Below are positions 1 to 11,800 of a stretch of DNA of 64,000 bases, in pieces. A model generated the notes under the pieces. The model ran no database searches. It was not told the origin of the DNA and saw only the letters and a program-made list of their open reading frames with translations. The DNA comes from Hypanus sabinus (lineage: Eukaryota): the NCBI RefSeq assembly GCF_030144855.1, contig NC_082734.1:17112001-17176000 (forward strand), written 5' to 3'. Both the position numbers and the translations under genes were made by a program. How positions within the stretch are numbered: the stretch's first letter is position 1; each line of letters starts with the position of its first letter.

Positions 1-39
1 TAGAAGATCCGAGACACAGATAAAGTCAGAGACACTTGC

Positions 40-340
40 TTGGTTCCGCGGTTGGGCACACAGCTGCTCGGTGTTAACGCGAGAGACGCCTCCGGTTCGC
101 ATCGAGTTATTTTCCGCCGCCTTGTTTTGCTCGGTCTAGGCTGCCTCGTCGCGAGCCTCCCGCCGGAACTGACGTCACCGCCAACGGCGGCGGCTCGTGA
201 CGCGGCACGGACCAAGTTCAAAAATCGCCAAGAGGCGGGAGGAGAGGCTGCACTGTGCGCGACAACGAGACTGGCGGTGTTGCCTCGACCCCTTCGTCAA
301 AGAACCGAGCAAAGCTTATTTTTCCGGAACGACCCTGCAT
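40..340. promoter_or_regulatory. CpG-island promoter at the left edge, probably of a gene transcribed leftwards out of the window
   Basis: High CpG density; TCCCGCC 158-164, CCGGAA 163-168, CRE TGACGTCA 170-177, CAACGG 182-187, TTCAAA (CHR on minus) 217-222, GGCGGGA 234-240. Confidence 0.65.
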
Positions 341-1499
341 CTAAACATGGCATATTCCTTTTTTTTTGGGGGGGGGGGAAGGAAGGTGGGGACTAGAACG
401 GCATTAAAAGAGGAAATTCCTCAAGAAATGTCCTTAAGTGACCTGCATGATCCAAGTTCCCGCGTTCCCCACACAATTTCCCGACCTACTGAATATTAAT
501 AGCATTCACTGAAAGACTAAATTACGCACGGCTCGAAATCTGAAACCAGCTGATGCTTGGGACCTTTCATCAGTCTGTCGAGTTTATTGTCACCTGAGGT
601 GCAGGTACAATGGAAAGATTTGCCTGCAACATTACGGGCACACAGGTACAGACTACACGCAGGATAAAAATTATAACTCATGTTTTGGATCCGAGGAGAG
701 CAAATTCCTCTATTCAGGAATACCACGTCATTGACTCCAGCAACCTTACAGGCTCCCAACAGTTGCAGCTTTCTGCATTTCGTCCAGCTTTGAAAGTGCA
801 TGAGAGTCGTGGGAGGAACATTGGACCGAACAGAAAGGAAAGGCGTTAGTGAATGGTTGTCATCTGGAGTGCAGGGTGAGGGTGGAGGCAGTTTCATTAA
901 CAGCCTTCAAAAGGGTGCTGGATTAGTATCCCCACCATAGATGCTGCCTGACTTGCTGAGTTCCTACAGCATTTTATGTGTGTTGCACAGGGAGAACATG
1001 CAAACGCTGCATAGACCTGCTGAGCCAGGGTTTTGGGGAGGGATACCATCTGGTAATATATAGTACAAACCAATGGGATGAATGGCCTCCTAACTGTTTG
1101 ATTCTATAACAAGTTCCTTCAAGACGGTTCCGAAGATTTTTTTTTTACAAATATGAGAGATTCTGCAGATGCTGGAAATCCAGAGTAACATACAAAATGT
1201 TGAAGGAGCTGTGCAGTCTTGGTGAAGGGGCTCAGCCTGAAATATCAACTGTTAATTCCTGCTGAATTCCTGCAGGATTTTCTATGTGTTATTCCAAACA
1301 TTTTTAGGATCAGTGTCTGGGGGGTAAAAAATGTACCCATGCAGGTCAATGGTACTAGGCAGTTTAATGGTTTGGCACAGACTAGAGGGGCTGAAGGGCC
1401 TGTATTTCTGCTATATTTTATATGACTAATTATAATGAAGTTTTCAGTTAATGCTTTATCAACTTTTTAATCCTTGATTGTTTTACATTATATAGATAA

Positions 1500-1925
1500 A
1501 CAGAAACTTTATTGATCCCAAAGGAAATTACAGTGTCACAGTACCATTTCAGATGCACAGATATAAATACAAGTGCATAGATAGAAGTAGAAAGAATAAA
1601 AAATAAGTTATCACAAACAGTCTAACAGGAGGGAGGCATCACTTCACCAGCTATAGGTTGACTCATTATAGAGCCTAATGGTGTGTGTAGTGTGTAGGTC
1701 TCCGTTAGTCTCGATAGACCATGGATTTGCACCTTGGAAAGTTTCCAGGGTGCAAGCCTGGGCAAGATTTTTTTTTAAATGGAAGACCGGCAGTTGCCCA
1801 AACTGCACGTCTCCCCTCTCTACACCACCAATGTTGTCCAGGGGAAGGGCATTAGAAGCCTAATGGTAAGAAGGACCTCATATGGTGCACTTTGGAGCAG
1901 TGCAGTTATCTTAGTCTATCACCAG
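1500..1925 (-). mobile_element. Rex1/Babar-type LINE 3' fragment interrupted by a 174-bp insertion (1683-1856)
   Basis: Minus strand gives an RSFLP..IRLYN-like C-terminus and an AATAAA tail; the insertion is flanked by direct repeats AGCCTAATGGT. Confidence 0.55.
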
Positions 1926-3182
1926 AAGTCCAGTCTATTAGTCTATCTTCAAACAAAATAAGTTGAAGGAGATAAGTTCAGATCCAACCCATCCTAATGA
2001 TGGGAAAAATGTTTAGAATCCAGCAAAGAATGACCAATGATGGGAATATTGAAACTGGGAGTTATCTAGAAAGATGTCAGAGCCATGTGCAAAACGTAAA
2101 GTACCCAGTGATCCTCGATCACAACCTCCTTCTGAGTTCCAACTAGCGCCTACCTTCATGCTTCACATTTTATGACATGAAGATGCAATTGAAGCTTAGG
2201 TGACAATTCAGGTTCTGGGGCCTTGACAATATTCTGGCTGTAGTGCTGACTACTTTAGAGTTTGCTATCATTTATTCAAAATTCAAAGCTGATCCTAGTT
2301 TCCTCCTGATTCGGATCAGAATTAGAATCACTTTATTGGCAGTCTGTGAAACATTACCGGAATTAATTGTGGTTCTGTGTCAAGCTTAAACACAGGACAA
2401 TGCCACAACAGACAACATAACAGCAACCACAATTTACAAGATAATAGTGCAAACAGCTATGAACAATCAACAAGTAGCACAAAAGTCAATAATTAATTTT
2501 AAATGAATGTGAACGTATGAATGGACTAAATTATTATCAACAGAACAAGGAGAGCAGGGAAGACCAGGATGTTGTGCAGTGCAGTTCACTTTATCAAGTC
2601 TGAATATCCAGAAATCACAGCCTTAAATATTCTCTACATCAACATCCAAGGGTCTCTAATATTCAAAATTCTAAAATATACAAATCTTGTGAAGAAATTA
2701 CCTCATAGCAAACCTAAGTAGCTCCATAGAAAAGCCAGTATGGCAGTGATAGATAGTGCTGCTTCATCAACTCGGGATTCATTCTGACCTCAGTTGGTGC
2801 CTGTATAGACTTCACTCTTTGGGTTTTCCTCAATGCTCCAGTTTTCCCCCACATCCCAAGAATATGCTGGTTGCAAGCTTAATTGACTGTAAATTGCCTT
2901 AGCATGGTGGGGGTGGGGGGCAGGGGAGCTGATGGGCACCTGAGAGACAATAGGTCACTGAGAAATAACTGAGGGAATTGGATCATTCTGTTACTGGCCA
3001 TTTGAGTAAAGGCCCATTTTATTCAATCCTTCAAGGGATAATTTACACCCACGTAACTTGCACAATGTCTACACAAAGACAAATATATCTTCCCTTCACT
3101 GTGCATACTAAGACCATACACAGTACTTCATGATAATCCCATCTAATTTTACCATTACTGTGAGACTTATTGACACTCCAAC

Positions 3183-3952
3183 CAATGTTCCCTCTAATTT
3201 GTAATGACCAGTGTGCACAAAAATCTTGTGCAGAGCAATTTTTTACCCAATGACAACAATATGTGCACACTGAATTTTTAAATGTAATTATACCTAAAAC
3301 TATTTTAAGGATAATAGGTTGTTCGTTGTTTAAAAGAAATAAAATAATACACAAAGATAAGTCTTATTTTTCATAATAATATCAATCTTTTCACATGTTA
3401 TTAAAGTTGTTTGAAATGGTCAATGAGGGATTTCTCACCGCTCATATGTGATTTGCTTGCTAAATAATGCTTTGAAAAGTCAAGTTTCTAAACATCACTC
3501 CACTTCTTCCCACTTGCAACATGACAAAACACACAAGTAATGTCAACTTCTGTATTGTACATAAATATTTCTAGTAGCTGCACGTTCCTGAACTCACGAG
3601 CTTTCGGTGTAGCTGTTTTTGCTGCTTAATTAAGCCGTTCTTCTTTATATGATCTAGAGTTCTTTTGTGATTCATGCCCTTGGCTTCTTTGGAGCTCAAC
3701 ATAATGAATCAATCATTTCTTCAGTAAAAATAGAGTTAACAGAGTTAAGCCAGTTCTAAAACCTGCAGACAAATCATCACAAACTCCAAGTTGTCAACAT
3801 TGTCCACATCAGAAACCGGAAAAGGAAATAAAATTGTGTACAATCGTGAAATATACTTAACATGCCAACAAGGTAGAGAGTGACAACTTTTTGTGCACCT
3901 TTTTATTTCCTTCGTGTACTAGTAGCACACGCTCACCTTAGAGGGAACGTTG
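3183..3952. mobile_element. Non-autonomous hAT-like DNA transposon
   Basis: 15-bp TIRs CAATGTTCCCTCTAA / TTAGAGGGAACGTTG; degenerate 8-bp TSD ACTCCAAC / ACTTCCAC. Confidence 0.75.
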
Positions 3953-4202
3953 ACTTCCACCTTCTTGCATAAAGACTATTGTCCCATTTCCCTTTCAAAA
4001 TGTATGTTTCTGGAGGTAATTCTGTGCACTCAAGATTACCTAGCACATGCAGATCTCTTACACAGCATTTTAAATTTTCTTTCAAAATGAATTTCTCTCT
4101 AACATTCTAATTTGCACATTCTCTTAATCTGTCTACATCTCTCTACAGATCTTTGCATCCCCAGTGTAATTACTCCCATCTCTGCCTAGAAATGGCTCAA
4201 CT

Positions 4203-4268
4203 CATGGGTTCTCAACCTTTTTTATACCATGGACTGGGGGGCCAGTAACTTCAGGTTGGGAACCCCTA
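4203..4268. mobile_element. Short hAT-like MITE (CAGGGGTTCCCAAC-type TIR); related copies at 56754-56837 and, partially, near 33933
   Basis: Inverted termini catgggttctcaacc / ggttgggaaccccta. Confidence 0.6.
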
Positions 4269-4473
4269 GTCAAATTCATTTTAATATTTGTGGAAGATTT
4301 TACATTTCTCTTGCTGGTTTACTTACATAGCTATTTATTTGCAAGTTAACAACTCACAGCAAGTTCAAATAATCTTCCCAATTCTCAAGTTTACAGTTTT
4401 CTTACCAACTTGCTTTTTATTGTAACCTACTACTATTAACTCCAGTTAATTACTTCATAAGATTATCACGTAA

Positions 4474-5641
4474 TGCTGGACAACAAATTTTTACAGAAGT
4501 GTTGCTTCCTCAGAAATTTTTTTATTGTTTATGATAGTCTGCTTGAAGCTGAACACAAATATAATTTCAGACTACTTGTATCACATAGGAATCTGGAGAA
4601 AAACTTCTATTGAATATAATGTGTTTAATTGCATAACAGTGCTAACGCTTTGCAATAGTTCAACTAAGCTAAAAGTGTGTTGTTGATTATTTTTGATTTT
4701 ACTCAGTGTATAAGGCTTCTTGCTTAAGTGTCCAACAATAATCACCCAGCATTGATGGACTCCAGTTGCTCTGATACTGTTTCTCCATGACAGCAATGTC
4801 TGGGTGAAACCTTTCTCCATGCTCGTCACTGACAGCGCCAAGATTTGCAGGGAAGGAGACTAAATGGGAATGCAGAAATGAACCTTTAGTGGTCTGCTGC
4901 ACTTCATGGTTTTGTATGCTTGAAACATGTTGTCAACCAGCTGCACGTAGTTTAGTGCTCTGTAGTTGCCAAGAAAACTTTCAACTACATCCTTGAATGA
5001 CTTCCACGTGATTTTCTCCAGTCCTACGAGAAGTTCTTTGAACTGCCTGTCATTGATGACCAGTTTGAATTGTAGACCAACAAAAATGCCTTCCTTAATC
5101 TTGGCATCAGTTATTCTGGAAAATATCTGTCTCTAAAATCATAGAAACATAGAAACCTACAGCACAATACAGGCTTCCTTGTTCATCACCTTCACAAGAT
5201 TTTTCATAAACCCCAGGTTTATGTGAAGAGGAGGCAAAAATAATTTTGTTGGGTCTGCAGGTGGATATGTGCCACACTTTTCTACCCTGAAAGCAACTGC
5301 TTATGGAGTGGCCAGTCCTTTTGAGCTGTCCCATTTGTAAATGAAACAACAGTACTTGGTGTATCCAAGCTGCTTTCCTGGTAGCAGCCTTTCTAAAACC
5401 TGTCCTGCCATGCAGCATTCATCCTGACTAAGCATGCCCGGGCAAGATAGAAAACTTTTCGGCTTACTTTGTGGGCAACATTTTAATTAATTTGAATTAT
5501 GAATTGAAATAACTAATATAGGCAATTTCAAAACAATAGGGTGTGTTAGGGAAATTTCATGGTGATTTTCATGATCAGCAGCCCAAAATTCATAAGATAC
5601 ACCCGAAAGTATTCAGGAAGCAAAATCTTTGTTGTCCAGTG
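4474..5641 (-). mobile_element. Internally deleted Chapaev3-like (CMC) DNA transposon with transposase relic
   Basis: TIRs (tg)CTGGACAACAAA / TTTGTTGTCCAGTG with TAA on both flanks. Minus-strand peptides QLGYTKYCCF..WDS, LPPLHINLGFMKNLVK, KEGIFVG, FLGN, FLHSHL..FPANLGAVSDEHGERFH...MLGDYCWTL. Family assignment is from recall. Confidence 0.75.
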
Positions 5642-5833
5642 TAATTTCACACCATTCAGTTCCATTTGTAATGTTTCATGTTGTGCCTCCATACTACGTA
5701 GTACAGCATGAGTGGCCATTCAGTGCATCAGGTCTGTGCTGTTTCCCAGGGGAACAATTCCATCATTCCCGTTCCTCATTTCCCTGCAGTTCTGCAACTT
5801 ATATACCCAGTATACTCATATCCACTATACTCG

Positions 5834-6323
5834 GATTCACTAGGTTGATTCCTGGGATGGCAGGGCTGTCTTACGCAGAGAGATTGGAGAGATTGGGCTT
5901 GTACACGCTGGAATTGAGGAGATTGAGAGGGGATCTGATTGAAAGGTTTAAGATAATTAAAGGATTTGATAGGATTGAGGCGGGAAATATGTTCCAGATG
6001 TTGGGAGAGTCCAGTACCAGAGGGCGTGGATTGAGAATAAGAGGTCAGTTATTTAAAACAGAGTTGAGGAAGAGCTTTTTCTCCCAGAGAGTTGTGGAGG
6101 TGTGGAATGCACTGCCTCGGAAGACGGTGGAGGCCAATTCTCTGGATGCTTTCAAGAAGGAGCTAGATAGATATCTGATGGATAGGGGAATCAAGGGATA
6201 TGGGGACAAGGCAGGGACTGGGTATTGATAGTGAATGATCAGCCATGATCTCAGAATGGCGGTGCAGACTCGAGGGACCAAATGGTCTACTTCTGCACCT
6301 ATTGTCTATTGTCTATTGTCTAT
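5834..6323 (+). mobile_element. 5'-truncated young CR1 LINE (3' 490 bp) inserted in a V-domain SINE
   Basis: ORF2 C-terminus [13 protein letters not shown]...[14 protein letters not shown]; (CTATTGT)n tail; near-identical to 29599-30081. Confidence 0.92.
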
Positions 6324-6573
6324 CCCAGTAACTCTCCTTTTGATTTGCTACCACCGATCTGCACTAAGGGGCAATTTACAGAGCATTGCTGGAACATGGG
6401 AGGAACGCAGAGCACTCAGCAGAAATCCACATGATCATTAGGAGAACATGAAAACTCTACAGGTATCAACTGAGATCAACATTGAACCCAGATCCCTTGA
6501 GCTAGAGGCAATAGTATTGTGACACTGTAGAATGAAACCTAGATAATATGTAGACAAAGATGGTAGTACTAAA

Positions 6574-6738
6574 CACTGTTTCCTCAAAGCCGCTGACTGT
6601 GCAGTAACTAAAATGCTTCTGCACACATAGCCTTTGTGCTTGCACAGCTGGATTTTTTGTTATGTGATGTTCATTTAAACTACTGTGCAGTTTTCAGGCT
6701 GTGTAAAAGTTTCCTGCACAGATTTAGAGGGAACATTG
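6574..6738. mobile_element. 165-bp MITE with the same TIR family as 3183-3952
   Basis: cactgtttcctcaaa ... ttagagggaacattg. Confidence 0.6.
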
Positions 6739-6989
6739 GGCATCAAAGGTACAATAAGGTGCTATATTAAGAGATGCTTATTAATATTCATGCTGCCTGG
6801 GTCCAAGCAATAATCATGCCTAACCAGAACCTTTCCCTCAAAATTGTGTGGCTATGTCACCATTAGTATTATCTGTTTTGGGATAAGAATGGGGATGGGG
6901 GTAGTGGCTTATAAAGTGTAAACTAGACCAACTGGAGTCAGTTAGGCAGGGAGGTGAAGGTGGCTATTGGCACTGAGTATTTGGAGAAT

Positions 6990-8870
6990 ATAAAAGTCAG
7001 AATATAAAAGTGGTGGTTATACAAGACGCTGGTGAGGCCACTCTTGCCGTATTGTGTTCAGCTTTGGTTGCCCATCTAAAGGAAAATTGTTATTAAATTG
7101 CAAAGAGTGCGGGAAGATTTACAACAATATTGGCATGATTTGACAGACTGAGTTACAGGGAGAGGTTGGACAAGTTAGCTTTGGAGTGTTAGAGACAGAA
7201 GGTAATCTTATAGAGGAGTACAAAATCATGAGTGACATAGACACGTAGATAGGATGAATGCACTCCGTCTTTTTCAAAAGGCTGGGTAGTCAAGAGCTAG
7301 AGGGCATAGGTTTAAGCCAAAAGGGGAGAGATTTAATAGCAACTTGAAAGGCATTTTGTTTTATACAAAGGGTGGTATGAGACACCAGAAATGTTTGAGA
7401 CAAATACAATAACAACTTTTAAAAGATAGACAGAAAAGGTGTAGAGGGATGTGGGCAAATCGGACTAGCTTGGTTGGCATGGACAAGTTGGCCAAAGAGC
7501 CTGATTCTCTCTATAACTACATAAGTACATTGGCTATAAAGGTGTTTGGGAGCAGTGATTTTGAAAGATGGTATATAGATAGAGTTCAGCGATAAAGTAA
7601 AATCAACGAGTATATGTAGTAACATGCTGTGATAAATTTTCTCAGAGTTTCAGAAATCATTTGATCAAAGACAATAGTATAAAAGTTCATAGTGTATCAA
7701 GTAATGTGTTGGAATGGATGGAAAATTGACTGGCTAATGTAAAACAGAGAGCAAGCATGAATGTTTTTTGACAAGATGTGATAAGTGATGTGCCACTGAG
7801 ATCGGTGCTGAGGCCAAACTTCTTACAATTTACAGGACTGCCTTAGATGAAGACAGGAAAAGTATGATTGTTACATTTGCTGATGGGCAGGGAAGTAAAT
7901 TATGACAACACAAGAAGGTATCAAAGGGACATGTTTTACACTGGATTAATTTATTATTGTTACCCATATCAGGATAATGGAAAAACTTCGTGTGCTATCC
8001 AGACAGATCATGCCATTCATAAGTACACTGAGCTAGCAAAAAGAAAACAGAATGCAGAATATAGCTGGCAATGATTTTGCAAATGGAGCATAAAATGGGA
8101 AAGTGTGAAGTATCTATTTTGACTACAAATGTGTGGGGGAAAAGAAAAGTTCAGATATGCAGGCATTCTATGCAATGTTTATAGCATGTTTTATAAAATG
8201 CTCATATGCAGTACAGCAAATATTAGGAAAGGTATCAAATGTTATTATTTAAAGGGAAACAATACAGAAGTAGGGAAGTTTGTACTTACGTTATATGGGG
8301 CATCATCAATAAAACATACCTTGTTTAAGGAAAAAAAACATTAGTACATGAGAAGCAGAACAAAGAAAGTTAACAAGGCTAACATCTGGAAAGGCGCACA
8401 AAACACTGCAGATGCTGGAATCTGGAGCCACACAGAAGATGCTAAAGGAATTCACAACATAGACTACCATTAACCATTTCCCTCCATAGTTGTTGCCTGA
8501 CCCACTGAGTTCCCCCAACATCTCTTGTGTTGCACCTAGAATCAGCAATTTTCTTATGAGGAAAGGCTAGATAGATGATGTTTATTTCGCTGGAGTTTAG
8601 AAGAAAGGCTGATGACTTAATTGAAACATGTTTGCTCCTGACAGGTCTCAACAGGTTGGACACAGAGGGGGCATTTCTCTTTGTGTATGAATCTGGAACT
8701 AAAACAGGAAATGCTCATTTAAGACAGAACTGAAGCAAAACATTTTCTCGCTCGGGATTGTGATTTTTAAGAACTCACTTCCTTATAGAGGGGTGTAAAC
8801 AATATTTGATAAGCAAGAGGGTGAGCAGTTGCTAGAGAAATATATAGTCGAGGTTACAATCAGATCATCA
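6990..8870 (+). mobile_element. Cluster of old degraded CR1 fragments with a Penelope-derived insert near 8395-8550
   Basis: Decayed matches to CR1 ORF2 motifs (YKTLVRP.L.YCVQ.W; SRARGHRFK). Confidence 0.65.
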
Positions 8871-11800
8871 ATCCTTCAACTATCTGAGGGCGTTTTGTTT
8901 TGTAGCTCTGAGGTTGCCATTCCTGTTTACTTTGTGGTATCTAGTTGCATTGGTCACTTGGTTACAAGAAAACAGAAACCAACAGAGTTTGGGGCATAGG
9001 TGATATTAGCAATGAATAGTTGCAAGTGAATAGTTTTCTTTGCTAAAGTGGCAGCAATGTCATCACTGTCACATGAAACTAATCTACAGATCTCTTTATG
9101 CCGTCAATGGCTCTACATTGGAACAGGTTTAATTAGTTAAAGGAAATTTTGCAGTACTGGAATTCAGTGTGCCTCATTAAATAGTTTGGTCTATCATTGC
9201 CTGGATCAGAATTCTAACATCATGCCTTTAACCATCCAGCTGCAGCTCTGAACTTAGGGAACAAAATATTTTGCAATGAGTCACTTTGTCCAGCAATTGT
9301 ACAAGTAATAGAAAGCTACTATTACAAATATTGTAACCATGAATTTGAGTGTTTAAAAAGAATAACATTGAGCCCTGTTATAGAAGAACACATTAAACTG
9401 GGTTTAACATGTTCAATAGGAATCCTTTGCTTTTGTTGTTTTTCAAATTAACTAAATTAGAGTAAGATGTGATCAACTAAAGGCGAGGATATTTGAATAA
9501 TTGAATTGTCAACTCTGCAGATGGAGTCAATGGCAGATGTTCTTCTAAAATCTTGCCTGAGATAGAAGGACTTTCTTGTAAATATTCCCTCATCTGTGTA
9601 AGATTTAAAGTAGTATATATTCTATGCTCCCAGGACATTTCAAAGCAAAATATAGGAACAGTGACACACACAAAATATTGGAGGAACCTAGCAGGTCAGG
9701 CAGCATCCACGGAAATAAACAAACAGTTGACATTTTGGGATGAGACCTGCTAATTTTCTTCAGCATTCTGTCTCTTTTGCTTTGGATTTCTGGCATCTGC
9801 AGAATTTCTTGTGCATAGGAACAATGATTCAATTTGCACAGAAAAGTTTCCAAAATCTTTTGTACTGTTGGTTGAAGAATTAAATATCTTGTGATACCTA
9901 AAATATATTTAAGTCTATTTTGTGAGGGAATGGACCAATAAATAAGGGTTCAGAAGTAAGAGCAATGCAGAGTGTGGGAGAATGAGGCAGAGTATAGTTA
10001 AAATTGTGAGAGAAGCTGTAGGCCTGCTCCCAAGGCTCCTCAACAGACTTGGGAAGGTGATCTGAGGTGAGATAAGGATTAAAAAATTTAGTGGCATAAG
10101 TATCAGACTTTCGAGGGAATACTAACCAGGGTATTGTAGACCACAAACCCCAGCTCTTGTGCAGTGCACAGAAAACAATTAGAACACTAATCACAAGCAC
10201 AACAGATACAGGACAATGAGACAGGAGGATTAGACTGGTTGGAAGATGTTTATTACAGACTAGCTGACAAATGGACCAGTTGTTTTTTATAAGAGTGATT
10301 CGAGGAACAGGAGACTTCAACTGTGAGGTAGATTGGAGAAGGCAGGGTTGGGCTCTTTAGAGGAAGAGCTTAAGAATAGATTTGGAAAATCATGATAGAT
10401 TTAGTAAGGATAGACAGAGTTGTTGTTCCCATCAACAGGTTAGTTGTGGAATGGGAGAAGATGAGTGCTAATAGGAAAGTGGGGTGCTTTACTTCTATCT
10501 GGCACAGATTCCATGGGCCAGTTAGCTCCTGATTGCCAAAACATGATTCAGCATTGAAAGAATTTTTTCCTTGGTAAATGACAACATAGAACAACTAACC
10601 AAAATGTCATAAAAAGTTAAAGTAATGTGGACAGAAAAGGATTTGTTACAAAAAATTTGTTCAGTAGAACAAATTGCTTCCAGGGATTAATTTTAACTGG
10701 GTGGTCCATTCTTTAATCAGGAGTGAGAGACATGGTGGCATTGGGTTGTTCAGGCATACAAGGCATGCTAGAGCTCAGCAGGTGACTCATGAGATCATTG
10801 TTATAAAAATCAAAATCATATTTTCAAAAATCTGTTTGGGAAAGTACACTTCCTGTGACGTATTACATTTTGGGTGGTAGTTATATTTGAACTCTGATTT
10901 GCAGGAAGTAGCACGATGCCCAGAGAAAATATGGTTGATATTAGAATCCTGTTTATCATTATCCTGGATGACTGAAGAGGTATTTGGATATCCAGACTTG
11001 CATCAAGATAGGGAGCACATTAGTGTAGACGGGAGAGGAAACTGGTCAGGGTCACTGATAGATTTTAATAAGTGGGCATGCTCTTCAGCAAGGTGGTATC
11101 CATCATCAACCTTTCCCACCATCCAGGACATGTCCCCTTCTCATCACTACCATCAGGGAGATAGTACAGGAGCCTGAAGACACACACTTAATATCTTAGG
11201 AATAGCATCTTCCCCTCTGCTGTCAGATTTCTGAATAATTCGTGAACACAATCTCACTATACTCTTATGCACTATTTAATTTTCATTGTAATACATAGCA
11301 ACTTTTTATGCCTTGTCCTGTACTGTTTCCAGAGAAGAATAAATCTCATGGTGTATAGGTATGTTAATGATAATAAACCTGACTCAGAATGGTAGATGGA
11401 TTTCAATTTGGGAAGGTGAATATTTTCTAAATATTTTTTAGCAACTGAAGGAAAAGTTATAAGGGTCTACATGTATGCAGAGAGCTGGTGAAATGGTACA
11501 GAGTAACTAAAAGCTGTGTGATGCCTTTGTCAGGCTGCATGTTTGACACCTAGCCCCAAATTCAGAAAATGTTGCATATGTCATGATATTTGTTGTTTTT
11601 GTGGCAGCAGTACCATGCAGTAAACAATGTTTATATAAAACAGTTAAATTAAAATAAGGTGGTGAGATAGTGTTCATGGGTTCAATGTCCATTCAGAAAT
11701 CTGATGGCACAGGGGAAGAAGCTGTTCCTAAATCATTGAGTGTGTGCATTCAGGCACCTGTACCTCCTTCCTGATGGTAGTAACGAGAAGAGGACTTGCG

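Noticed and set aside
40-499. Plus-strand ORFs in the left CpG island
   Set aside because: Non-ATG starts, no recognisable domains; expected by chance in GC-rich promoter DNA.
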